From positions 1,604,981 to 1,668,980 of the forward strand of contig NW_003314301.1 of assembly GCF_000143415.4 (NCBI RefSeq): a DNA stretch of 64,000 bases, in the 5' to 3' direction. This stretch comes from Selaginella moellendorffii (Eukaryota > Plantae > Lycopodiophyta). How positions within the stretch are numbered: position 1 is the stretch's first letter; every line of letters starts with the position of its first letter. A model generated the notes under the pieces. The model did no database searches. It was not told the DNA's origin and worked only from the letters and a program-made list of their open reading frames with translations. This document shows positions 23,530 through 34,459 of this stretch, piece by piece. The translations under genes were made by a program, and so were the position numbers.

Positions 23530-25887
23530 TCACACTCTCTCGACGAGAGACGAGGGCTCTGGACGACAGCCCAGGGAATAAACCCTGCGAATCTTTGGGA
23601 GGCCAGTGAGCGTCATAGCCTCCTGGAACGAAGAGCCGCGGAGAAGAAGCCTCGGGACAAAGTTCTTCTTTGACGAGTTTTTGGCCACTTCCACCGCGCC
23701 TTTGTTGCTTTCGTTCTCGTCTTTGGAACGTCCCAGCTTTAGCGGCTTCTTTCGACTGTGGAGCAAAGCCACGGCGGTTCCAAACGCTTGGAGCGTCGAC
23801 AATGGCTGCTGGAAGCTCACAGAGAATGTATCGTCGTCATAGAGTGGCGACAATCTGAGAGCTACCTCGTGTTTCTTTGCCTGGCAAACAAACACAAAAC
23901 TTGAGCCACCAAAGAAAAAAACAAGGCTTGTTTCTGAGCTTACCTGGAGCACTACGTTGATCCCACTACTTTGCTCTTGAGCAGCCTTTGCCGAGCACCT
24001 CAAAGTTTGCTGGTTTTGGAGTAGAACCAATCCACAGCCCAAGTCCCAGCTTCCACAGTCGCATTTTCCTCCACCCCTCCACCTTTCGAGCAAAGGCAGC
24101 GGACCGGGGAGTCCGTAAGCCGGGCAGCCATGCTCGCCGGCTGGGAGAACCACCGTAAGGCTCATCTTCTCGTAAGTTTCTTCGACCAAGCCGAGAGGAT
24201 TGTTTCTCTTGAGCCTGCTCTCCCAGCTACTAAGTTGGCTGTTGGTGCTGTTCGATCGCTTCTTCACTCCGATCGGAACTCTCGTCACCACCGCCGCGAC
24301 CTCCACAAAACTCGTCCGGCTGGAGAAGCTCCCTCCCGTCTCCGACCCTCTGAACGAGAAAGAGTCGCCTAGCTTTGAGCCTTCCTTTCTGTTGTGCTTG
24401 AGAAATCCAACCGAGGACCAGTGCTTTCCCGGTGTGCCAGACTTCTCCGCTACTCGAGGAGACTCGGACGAGCTGCTCGTGACACAACCGGGTGATTCGC
24501 TCGGCGTTGCGTCCCACGAAGAAAAGCTGAGCCTCCTGCTGGAGCTGACAGCAAGTTGCTGCCGGGGGCTGCTCATCGCTACTTGATCTTTCCCACGGGC
24601 CTCGAACAGCACAAAGTCCGAGTCCAAGTAATGTCTGTTCCTCCCGCCGCGATCCATCTCGGGAATCACAGTGCTGAAGATCTTCATCTTGCCGAGGACT
24701 TCCACCGCCGGCTTGTCTTTCTTTCCCCACTGCCTCCACCCCGATCGCTCTTTTCCCTTGCACTTGTACGAGGAAAACACGAACACCTGGTCACAAAGTT
24801 CCTGGTCCTCTGATATGTCCTGGCTTGCGGTCTTCGCGACGATCAACTCCTCTGTATCGTCCAGCCATAGGTTATAGCTGATGTCTCCATCTTTCGCTAG
24901 ACACTGAAGAGACCCCTTGACGAACTTGGCCGGCATGATCGAAGAACTCCGCTGCTGCTTGATCGCAAAAGCTTGCTCGGGCAGTAAACGATGGCGGCTC
25001 GCTTTGGACGAAACCAGCACAAGCGACCGGCATGCTACCTCGGGAATAAAACTCGCTGCTCTCGCTGTGAAACGCTGCCTTTGGAAGAATTCCAGTTCCT
25101 TCTTCGTATCCTTCCCAGCAGTAGTAGTGGATGATGTCGATGATCCTTGGAAGACGTCGAAAGATTCGGCGCTTCTCGAGCCATTCCCGGAGGAATTCTT
25201 CTTCGATCCACTGTTTCGTCTCGAGACTTTCCTGTGAGCGTTGAAGAAATCAAACTTGCCAAAAACACTGCCAGCTGACTCGGTGCTCGGCGACGAGCAT
25301 TCCACGAAAGTGTTTTCCAGCCTCCGCACTGTTCGTCGAAACCGGACGCTCCGCAACGCATCCAAGTCTCTTGGGTCGTCGTGATGCGAGCTTCTCTCAT
25401 CGCTGCTCGCTACTGCCGAGTGAAAATCCGGTGAAGAGCTCGGGAGTGGCGATCGGAGCGTCGAGCTGATCATCGAGACGGGACTTGGCGGATGCCGGTG
25501 ATCAAACACCGAGAAGGCGTTCGTCCTAGCACGACGACCCAGCAGCATACCTTGGGCCCGATCACTACTCTCGCAGGAATTGCAGCTCATCCTGGTATCA
25601 TCCTGCCTCAGCGCTTCCTCCGCCTCCACGAACACTTGGTCCTCGAGCCTGTCCAGGATTTGCAAGAGCTCCGAGCACGTCTCTCCTTGCGGCGAACACA
25701 TGATGGCCGAGTTGAAATTCCTGAGGATGCGTGCAAACACGGACTGGTTGATCACGGGAGAGATCTCTTTCAGCAGCTTGTTGGCATTCTCCAGGCAGTG
25801 GATTTCCCCCAAGAACTTGCGCAAGCGATGCTCCTGGCTTTCTTCTTCTCGCAGCTCGGGCTTCTTACTCGGAGAAATCACTTCCAT
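23530..25887 (-). CDS. DUF3527 family protein
   Basis: Signature VVLPAGEHG-x-P...LLERWRGGGKCDCGSWDLGC and LSTLQAF. A probable 63-nt intron lies at 23881-23943. Confidence 0.85.
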   Translation of the reverse strand: MEVISPSKKPELREEESQEHRLRKFLGEIHCLENANKLLKEISPVINQSVFARILRNFNSAIMCSPQGETCSELLQILDRLEDQVFVEAEEALRQDDTRMSCNSCESSDRAQGMLLGRRARTNAFSVFDHRHPPSPVSMISSTLRSPLPSSSPDFHSAVASSDERSSHHDDPRDLDALRSVRFRRTVRRLENTFVECSSPSTESAGSVFGKFDFFNAHRKVSRRNSGSKKNSSGNGSRSAESFDVFQGSSTSSTTTAGKDTKKELEFFQRQRFTARAASFIPEVACRSLVLVSSKASRHRLLPEQAFAIKQQRSSSIMPAKFVKGSLQCLAKDGDISYNLWLDDTEELIVAKTASQDISEDQELCDQVFVFSSYKCKGKERSGWRQWGKKDKPAVEVLGKMKIFSTVIPEMDRGGRNRHYLDSDFVLFEARGKDQVAMSSPRQQLAVSSSRRLSFSSWDATPSESPGCVTSSSSESPRVAEKSGTPGKHWSSVGFLKHNRKEGSKLGDSFSFRGSETGGSFSSRTSFVEVAAVVTRVPIGVKKRSNSTNSQLSSWESRLKRNNPLGLVEETYEKMSLTVVLPAGEHGCPAYGLPGPLPLLERWRGGGKCDCGSWDLGCGLVLLQNQQTLRCSAKAAQEQSSGINVVLQVSSETSLVFFFGGSSFVFVCQAKKHEVALRLSPLYDDDTFSVSFQQPLSTLQAFGTAVALLHSRKKPLKLGRSKDENESNKGAVEVAKNSSKKNFVPRLLLRGSSFQEAMTLTGLPKIRRVYSLGCRPEPSSLVERV

Positions 25888-27502
25888 AGCCGGGCCTCAG
25901 CTCTCCCATTTGGCCCCCGAGAAGAAAAGCTCTGGATTTCCACGAATCATCGCTGCATCGCAATGGAAAGAGAGAAATTTTAGGACCGGTCTGGCAAGAA
26001 TGTCGATCGAAACAGCTTCAGTGCAAGAAACTCGCTAACGGTAAGGGACGCCATACCTGATGATCACTGGATCGATCGGAAGAACAAACGCGGGCTCGCC
26101 ATAGCTGCCTGGAAGTAAAATTTTCTCGATGGAGCTGGATCATCGGCGCCAGCGACAAGCCGGTATCGGCATTGCTGCGATCGATCGCTCGCTCGCTCGC
26201 TCGCTCGATCTACCCTTTTTCCCTTTCCCTCCCAAGCGTTTCTTGAATTCAGGGCAAGGTAAAAAATGCTTGTTACCGCGGAGGTAAAATCCGTGTCGTC
26301 GAGTAGAAACAGATATAAAAGTCAAGGTGAAAGTGAGCTTGACGGGCAGTGACGCGCAGGTAAGGCGGCAATTGACGGCGGCGTGGTTGGGGCGTGGTTG
26401 GTTATATTCCAGGACGCCGTGAAGAATCATTGGCTCCCGGGCATCACATGATAAAAGTGACCGCCCGTCAAGAAGTGAACGTTAAGCTTCTTCACGCCCG
26501 TCGGGGTGTCCTTGTAACGAATTTTTGGGCCGTATGTGGCATCAAAGATTACGGATGTGGTACAGTATATTGGACCACGGTTAAATACAAGATCTATTTT
26601 GGCAGGATAGTTACCGCATTTACGAGCCTGATATCTTGCACACGTGGCGATCTCCCGCCCGTCGACGCTGTTGCCCCAAGAAGTTAATGGGTAGCATCGC
26701 CAACTTTGAATGCCACAAGAAAGTTTTTAATGTTGGTGGAGGCTGAGAAGACTCGAAAGGTTTAAAGGAGTTTATTTAGATACGCATAGACTTCTTCCAT
26801 TCTTCCATTGCGTCAAAGATTTTTGGCGTCACTTTGTCATATTGCGGGGCGGCGGGGACTGTGCGCGTTCGACTCCTCTCGCCAACACCGACTAAATTAA
26901 ACAAATTTTCTTAAGGTCGTGGGGTCAATGGCCTGATTGATCATTGCATGCCTCGACCCTAGAAAAGAACCATGCAATTATATTATTTGCATCGTGGTGG
27001 ATTCGAAGGTTAAAAAAACTCGGGATAGCAACTCTTCGGGAGCTTTAAATAAGGTTTTGGAGGGAATTTTTGATCATGGGCAATTTTCGCAGTCACGCAA
27101 AGTACCGGAGGCTGACCGGCATTTTTGGGTATTTGCAGAGTCAAAAGGATTAGACTATACCAGCGATTCAAAAAAATTTAAATCCTTACGTAGAGCTCGA
27201 CCTATAATCTGAGACTGTAAGTACATACATTTTCAGCAAAGAAAGCTATCATACTGACCCACTGATCACTGGCTGCAAGAAAAGAGATCCATCATCCAAT
27301 CCAAAAAATGCCCTTTGGGGCACATTTCCCGCTCCCTTTTCGTTTGAAACAAAGCTGCCGCTCAAATTCGAAAATTTTGTCCGGGAATCTTTCTGTTGGG
27401 CGCTGTGCATTTTAGGGCTGACAACGACGGCCACGATCGACGGCTCTGATGGAAGCTCTGTTTCTAGGGCTTGCGAGCTAGGGCTAGGGCTCGAGAGGAG
27501 AA

Positions 27503-27874
27503 ATGCAAGCGCTGAGGGCCACCGTAGCTGTGGCGCGCAACGCCAGGCCATGGAACAAGGCGCAGATCCGTGAGATTCATCCGCGCGATGCCGAGGTAAG
27601 GAGCTTTTCGATCGATTGGAGATTGATCGCAATTGCAGCTCTTGTCCCCGGATCCAGCCCTCGCTCCTTTCAAGAGCAATAAACCCACAGCGAAGAAGAT
27701 GCAAATGGTGGGCGATGCTACAATTGTTTTGCTAGGACTGGGTAAGCACACCCATTTCGTTTTCTTCCAACTCTTGGAGCTTCTCAATGCCCTTCCTTTT
27801 TTTTTCCAGGCTTTCTCTACGAGATCCACTATCGATGGCAGAAGAAATGCGACGAAGCAAAGGAATCGACGTAA
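27503..27874 (+). CDS. SDH7: Succinate dehydrogenase subunit 7 (plant-specific complex II subunit), 3 exons, 86 aa
   Basis: Exons 27503-27595, 27639-27741 and 27810-27874 give MQALRAT...LLSPDPALAPFKSNKPTAKKMQMVGDATIVLLGLGFLYEIH, matching the SDH7 pattern LL..D.AL..FKS.K......GD.........G..YEI. Confidence 0.8.
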
Positions 27875-28006
27875 ACTGTGTACAAATTCTAAATAAAAAA
27901 GAAAAAAAAGAGGAAAAACGCTGCTTCACAAGCACTCACTTTTTTTTTTCTCTTCACTGCTACTAGCCTATGCTATCAAAATTTTTTGGACATCCTCGAC
28001 TTACAT

Positions 28007-29084
28007 TTAGAACGAGTTCACCCTCCTCAGCTCCACTCGCCTGGCCTTGGCGTTTTTCTTGGAACGTTTCAGCACCGTCAGCATGTCTATCACCTGAGAA
28101 AACAAAAACAATGGTTTTCGATTTCGATCGAGAATCTGGCGTACCTTGGCCCTGTACCTCGCATCCTCGGCCTATTATCATAAACCCAGCGAGAAACCAC
28201 TCTCTTAGAAGTTAAAACTAAGCAAAGCTTCTCTTTTACCTGTTGCCTCTTGAGCTTGTCATTCTCTTCTTTGAGCAGCGTTACCTCTGCTTCAAGCTCT
28301 GCTGTGTAAGCCTGGCGATCAAATAAGGCAAAAGAAAAACAGAAGGAGCAAATTTTTAGAAAAGAATCCAGCCAAAGTCTTTAAAAAGTTGGATTTTTAC
28401 CTGTTTCCTGGCCCTGGAACGCGCAGCCGACTCTCGGTTCTTTATCATCCTCCGCTGCCTTCGCTCGGCAACTTTGTCCACGTACTCGTCCGGCTTGTGG
28501 AAGGCGTCTCCGTAGGAAAGGACCTGGCCACCGCTTGGAACCATACAGCATTCCTCGATCTTGGTAACGAAAGCTCGCAATCTTTTGGAGCTGGAATTGG
28601 CGGCGCTGGGATCCATTCCCTGCATGTAAGCTAGTTCCAGATCATCCCTCTCGCGCTTGTGAGGAGCAGGCCCCAAGTCTGGGAACGTCGATACAATCCC
28701 CGTGGGAGCGCTGTCGGCCACCCCCGATTTGACGAGGAATTCCTCCAGCGTCATCTCCCCCAGCGTGCGCTGTGGAGCGATGCCGGACTCCGGCGCTCCC
28801 GTGGACGACGCTGCCGCTGTGCTCGTGAGCTTACCCTCTTGGATTTCCCTCCAGACCTCCTCCACCGAGAGCTTGATCTCGGACGAGGAGGGATTCTCCT
28901 CTTCCTCCTGCTCGGACGAGGAGGGGAGCGAGGGCTGCGACTCCTCCTCGCCCGTTGCCGCCACCAGCAGCTCGTCGATGTTCATGGATGAGAGCTTCTT
29001 CTCCGGCACGCCAAAGCTCTTGAGATCGTCCAAGACTGGCCGCACTGGCGAGGAATTGAGATACTCGGCGCTCACGGCCCCCAT
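28007..29084 (-). CDS. Group A bZIP transcription factor (ABI5/AREB/ABF-like), 4 exons
   Basis: C1 SMNIDELL, C2 VEEVWREI, C3 TLGEMTLEEFL and basic region RRMIKNRESAARSRARKQ. A 27-nt microexon lies at 28145-28171 and the protein ends LRRVNSF. Confidence 0.92.
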
Positions 29085-29482
29085 TTCCCCTCAAGAATCG
29101 GAAAGATTCCAAGACTGCTCGATCAAGAGGCGAAATCTCGCGATTCCTAGCGGCAGCTCGCCTCGCAACCGCATTCCCGCCCCTCGATCCAAGAAAGCAT
29201 CCCGCGACGCTGCGATTGCATGCGAGGCGATCGATTCCACTGCCAAAGAAGAGAAATTCCGCTACGGCATTTGGAGCCAGAGGGATCGAGAGGGCGGAAG
29301 AGAATTGCGACAGGAAACGGGAAAGACGAAAGAAAAACCCTAGGGCACCCTAATTAATATGGCAAGTAAAATTGCCCGCCATAGCCAGAGCTTCAACATA
29401 AGAAAAAAAAAAAATTTCGTGAAAGAGACCACTCCAAGAACCCTAAAATTTATCTCTTGAAGGTTTAGGGTTTTGGGGAGCG

Positions 29483-31499
29483 ATGGCGGACACCGTCAAT
29501 GCCTACCTCGAGCGCATGCTCCCGGAGCTCGAGGATCTAGAGAAATGGGGCCTCTTTACGCGCTCGGAGATCAAGGAGGTCGTGCGCCGGCGGAGGGAAT
29601 TCGAGTATCATCTCAAGCGGCCGTCGAGGATCCGGGACGATTTCTTGCGGTATGTGGATTACGAGACGAAGCTGGAATCGCTGCGACGGCTGCGAAAGAA
29701 GGTCGTGGTTAGGGATTTGAATGCCGCCGGGAAGAGATGGAGCGGGCATATGTCCGATGGGGCAAGCGCGATCAGGATTATCAGCATTTACAAGCGCGCA
29801 GTGGCGAGATTTGGTAGCGACATGAGCTTGTGGCTGAAATTCTTGGAGTATTGCAGGAAACATTCTCCCAAGCAAATGCGTCGGGTGAGCGATCGTGTTT
29901 ATCATTTGTAGCTCTTTACTTATCTCCGCATTCTTACAGGTGCTGGCAAGAGCTCTCCAGCTTCATCCCAATATCCCAGGATTGTGGATGTATGCCGCGT
30001 CCTGGGACTTTGAGCACAATCTCGACGTCTCTGCTGCTCGAGCGCTCATGCAAAGAGGACTTAGGATGTGTCCTCACTCAGAGGATCTGTGGCTCGAGTA
30101 CTTCCGCATGGAACTCTCTTACGCTCAAAAGCTAAAGTCGCGAATGCTGGTGCTGGGCATCGAGTCCGAAGAGATCGACGCTGGAAAGGAGCAACGAGAG
30201 AGTGATTTGAGCGTGAAGCTGGCGTGGGTGATATTTAAGAATGCCATTGTTGCGGTTCCATCCAGTGCAAGGTTTCGGCAAAGGTTCGTCGAAGTTCTTG
30301 ACCGGTTTGCGCTGGTGAAGTCGACTATCGCAAACGAGATCTACGCAAGTATGACGAGGGACTTCCCGAAGGACGAGAATTGCTGGGACTGGAAAGGAAA
30401 GTATAAATTCCAGACAACAAGCTCTTGGAAGGATGCTGTGAAGGTCAGTGCGATCTGTCTTGCGGTGGCATCACATCTTCTTACCATCTATTTCACAGGT
30501 TTATGAAGAAGCAGTGGGTGTTGTTTCGTCGGCTCGGATGTATGAGCTGTATGCAAAGTTTCTCGAGGGATTGCTGGATTCTGGAGACAAGCGAGTTCCT
30601 GAGTCCCTTCTTGAGCTCTATGACCGTGGTGAAGAAGTTTGTGCGAGCATAAACTTTTTGGAAGGTCACGTTCGCTTGCTGACGAGAAATGGCTTCCTAG
30701 ACAGGGCAAGGGCCCTTACTGAGCAATTCTGCAACGGTCCATTACGTTCAAGCTCCAGGCTATGGGTGTTGAGGCTTACGTTGGAGATTCAACACGGCGG
30801 TTTACAGATGGCTGACATTTCTAAGCTGTTTTTGAAAGCCTTGCAGTTAGTCCAGGCCTCAGAGGGAAAGGACATCTGGAAAATGGTATTTTTATTGTTA
30901 TCCTGTATGCTTTAGCGCTGACAGTTTTCTCCCGGCAGGCTTTGGAGTATTTTTCCGGAATGGACACTTACCTTGACATAATACTACGGCATCTGGAAAC
31001 TGCTCTCGGGGGCAAAGGTGGCGGCCAGGAACTTGGTGCTGTCGCTTGGTCTGCAGTAAGCTGGTTCTTACATTTCGACGGTGTTGAAAAGGCTCGGCAG
31101 CTCTACAATAGGTACACTTTGATCCAACGGTTTCCGGCTAGGAACCAACACTTCCTTTCAGATTTTTGGTGCTACCAGGTCCAAGTCTTTATTTATTCAA
31201 GCGATGCATTGGCCTCGAGGCTGAAAGAGGAGCACTTGGTGATCAAGAAGCAGTAAAATGCATGCGGAGGCTTTTCGACGCTGCGCTTGAAATATATGGT
31301 AGAGAAGATGTTGGCATTTGGTTGGATTACTGTGCTTTGGAAAAGAAGGTACTAGATATCATTTACTTAATCTCCCGATATCAAAACTTTTGACCAGGTT
31401 GGGAATGCTTCTAATGCAAGTACCGTGTACTTCCGAGCGAAAAAGACATTAAGTGACCCGTCTTTGTTTATACAAAGACACCAGCTTTTGTTTGCATGA
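29483..31499 (+). CDS. UTP6: U3 snoRNA-associated protein 6 (HAT repeats), multi-exon
   Basis: MADTVNAYLERMLPELEDLE...RRREFEY, ARALMQRGLR and LWLEYFRMEL. Confidence 0.92.
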
Positions 31500-31664
31500 C
31501 TCATGAGGTTGGTTCGTAAATTTTATCCACTTGTTTGACATAACCTTGCAGATGCAAGCAAACAAAGGTGAGAAACCAAATCTGGAGCTGTTTTGCAGAA
31601 GCTCTTATGGTTGAGCTAGACTAGACTGCAAACATCTAACAAGAGTAATACAAGAATGGCGGAT

Positions 31665-32303
31665 TTAGCCGGTAAACTCCTTCCGAAGTTGGGATATTGT
31701 CTGCTCGTTGAGTTTGAAGGATTTTTTCAGAACTTCGTCGGAGATACCTGAGCCGAAAAGCGTAGAACCCAGCCGCTCAGCACCAGGATTCTGGCTGTTA
31801 AACACAGCCAGGAATTGAGCCGGGTGCGCATCGTCCAAGTTAATCTGAAAATGGACAAGGCCTCTGGGAAAGACGAAGACGTTCCCCTTTTCGAGTGTTC
31901 TCGAGAAGAGGTTATTGCTGGACACAAATCCCGCCTGAACCTTACCTTCGAGAAGGAAGAAAACTTCGGTTGAGCGTGGATGGACGTGTGGGGAATTTAC
32001 AGCTCCAGGTCCCATTTCACCCCGGGCGAGACTTATCCCGGCGGTGTTGAGGCCTGGAAACTGTTCGACGTTGAGGAGGGTGACAACGAACACGTCAGGA
32101 GTAGTGACGGGCTGGACAGAACTTAGAAGACGCGAGATGAAGTCTTCCTCGGACACCGTTTTCTTACAAGCGAAGCCATTAATGGAGACCGTGGAGTTGA
32201 GATCTGCAACACACAGGTTTTGAAGAGGATCCGGGTCACTGGCCAGGACGGATACTAACAACAGAGAGCAAGCAAGCAGGAGAGAAGTAGCCACACGGTC
32301 CAT
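31665..32303 (-). CDS. Germin-like protein (cupin), intronless
   Basis: Signal peptide, DPDPLQNLCVAD, germin boxes PHVHPRSTE and PRGLVHFQ. Confidence 0.95.
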   Translation of the reverse strand: MDRVATSLLLACSLLLVSVLASDPDPLQNLCVADLNSTVSINGFACKKTVSEEDFISRLLSSVQPVTTPDVFVVTLLNVEQFPGLNTAGISLARGEMGPGAVNSPHVHPRSTEVFFLLEGKVQAGFVSSNNLFSRTLEKGNVFVFPRGLVHFQINLDDAHPAQFLAVFNSQNPGAERLGSTLFGSGISDEVLKKSFKLNEQTISQLRKEFTG

Positions 32304-32346
32304 GCTGCTGCAAAGATCTAGATCAGGTCCCTTTTATTTCCAAGGT

Positions 32347-32403
32347 GAAAGACTAGTTCCAACCTGGAAGACTAATTCGAACATGAAAGACTAGTTCCAA
32401 CGT
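32347..32403. repeat. Three 19-bp tandem units upstream of germin 1
   Basis: GAAAGACTAGTTCCAACCT / GGAAGACTAATTCGAACAT / GAAAGACTAGTTCCAACGT. Confidence 0.85.
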
Positions 32404-33049
32404 GGGATGCGGAGTCGACACTTCATTTCAACTTTGCTCCAGTAATCTTTGTCAATGTACTTGTGCTGACAAAACTTTGATACAAGTCGCTATCCGTGCA
32501 ACGCTCGGATTCTTAACATCAAGTAAAGGTAGTCAAGTTGGAGGTATGGTTCTCTACGTCGGGGATTCTGGCGCCAAGAGTTTGAGAGAAACCGTGCCGC
32601 CAACCTTCATGGACGAAGCCAACCATCAATTCATCAACTGGAATGACAGCGTCAGCGCCAAGCTAGTCCAGCCGTCTCTAGGCCGGGAAGCAAAGGCGTG
32701 GGGCGGAAAGTCTTGGGGCCTACGTCATTCTTCGCGCGGAGAAGCTTCCCTGCGCATCTGCGAGCCGCCGCCGAAACTATCGGGTACTTCATGCTTATAG
32801 TACTTCGACAATGCGAGGCTTTCTGGTCTTACAGCATTTGTTTGAACAGAGATCCCGCGTCTATTAGATCAAGACAACAGCTATTATATAGCACAAGGAC
32901 GCAAATTCAAAAGCGCGTGTTTTTGTCACAAAATATACACGCTGACAGCTTTGACCGACAAGAAGATATTGAATGGTAGAGTCCACAGCGACGTACTTCT
33001 TGGTGAGGATCTCTACTTTATCTGTTCTAACACAAGCTTTTCCTTACCA

Positions 33050-33685
33050 TCAGGGAGTAAACTTGTGCTTGAGCTCGTTAATGACGGACTGATTGAGCCT
33101 GAAGGATGCAGCGAGCACGGCATCTGGGATCCCAGAACCAAACAGAGTAATCTCCAAGCGCTCCACTCCTGGATTCTGGCTGTTAAACGTGGCGAAAATT
33201 GTTGCAGGAGTGGCTCCAACATTCCACTGGAAGTGGACGAGGCCTCGAGGGACAACAAAGAGATCGCCCTTCTGGAGCGTCTTGAGGAAGAGCTTGTTGG
33301 TGGTGTCCACAAAGCCGGCCTGGACGGTTCCCTCCATGATGTAGATGAGCTCGGTGGCTCGCGGATGGACGTGGGGTGTGTTTACTCCTCCGGGGCCGAG
33401 ATCTACACGATTCACAGACAAACCCTGGGTGTTGAGAGCTGGAAGCTGCGGTACTGTGACTCGGGATGCCACAAATCCTCCTGGAGTACGCACTGGCTGG
33501 ACGTTGCGAAGAACAGTGGAGGTAAAGTTGTCCTCGCGCGCTGATGCTGTTGTCAAGCAGGCTGCTCCATTGACACTGGTGGAGGAATCCAGGTCGGCGA
33601 CACAGAAATCTTGCACAGGATCGGGGTCGGCTGCTAAGATTGCTGTGGCAGCGAGCAAGGAAAGAACAAGCGAGAGCAGCGCCAT
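33050..33685 (-). CDS. Germin-like protein (cupin), intronless tandem paralogue
   Basis: DPDPVQDFCVAD, PHVHPRATE and PRGLVHFQ. Confidence 0.95.
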   Translation of the reverse strand: MALLSLVLSLLAATAILAADPDPVQDFCVADLDSSTSVNGAACLTTASAREDNFTSTVLRNVQPVRTPGGFVASRVTVPQLPALNTQGLSVNRVDLGPGGVNTPHVHPRATELIYIMEGTVQAGFVDTTNKLFLKTLQKGDLFVVPRGLVHFQWNVGATPATIFATFNSQNPGVERLEITLFGSGIPDAVLAASFRLNQSVINELKHKFTP

Positions 33686-33687
33686 GT

Positions 33688-34447
33688 CCAGGTTTTTCTT
33701 TGATCTTTTTCTCGAGTCACTGATTATTTATAAGGATTGAGTACGAGACGGAAGCGTGTTTCTAGAAACTTTGAGATTCAAAGTCTCGTGTTTTACCTGA
33801 TGCAAATATTATCATTATTAAATGCATTCAGAGAACTGTACGTTTACAATTAATATTAGTAGCCCATACGAAAATATACATTTAATTGTAAAATAAAAAA
33901 TAAATCAAAATATGTATTAACCTTCAAATTAAATAAGTTCTCTTTTCATGTCCTGACCATGTAGAGTTCCATATATACTGAATGAACTCATCCTTGCACA
34001 AGGTGATCCACTGTGTTGTCTTAAAAGTAAATGGTTCTTAATCAAGACATGCAAACAAAAATCACCTATGCCATCTTGTCAGTGTAGTCCTCATATGCAA
34101 AGTTGAGTGCTTTAACCTTGCCAAAGAACCTAATAACTGCTTGGTCATAGGTCTGGTCACAAACCTATTATAATTAGAGAGTGAAATTATAGTTTTCTTA
34201 AACCTTGCTGCCTCCTCTTGTGTCTCATATGCCCCTCCACTTGGAAATGCAATATAAACAATGGCTCTTGAAACATAAAATAAAAAATTCACCAAGTCTT
34301 TTCTTTGATCTTTTTCTCGAGTCACTGATTATTTATAAGGATTGAGTACAAGACGGAAGCGTGTTTCTAGAAACTTTGAGATTCAAAGTCTTGTGTTTTA
34401 CCTGATGCAAATAATATCATTATTAAATGCATTCAGAGAACTGTACG
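33688..34447. repeat. Direct repeat of about 155 bp (33688-33842 and 34292-34447) covering the germin 2 proximal promoter
   Basis: The copies are near-identical and include a minus-strand TATA-like TTATAAAT. Confidence 0.9.
33950..34285 (-). pseudogene. AP2-domain gene fragment (type B) with introns
   Basis: GAYETQEEAAR / YDQAVIRFFGKVKALNFAYEDY / WITLCKDEFIQYI. Homologous to 60290-60625. Confidence 0.75.
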
Positions 34448-34459
34448 CAAAGATGTAAC

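Noticed and set aside
27692-27768. Imperfect hairpin as a miRNA precursor
   Set aside because: It spans SDH7 exon 2 and intron 2, the pairing is low-complexity, and I recognise no known mature miRNA.
32402-32979. ORFs between the two germins
   Set aside because: No recognisable domain or consistent gene structure was found, so they are left unannotated.
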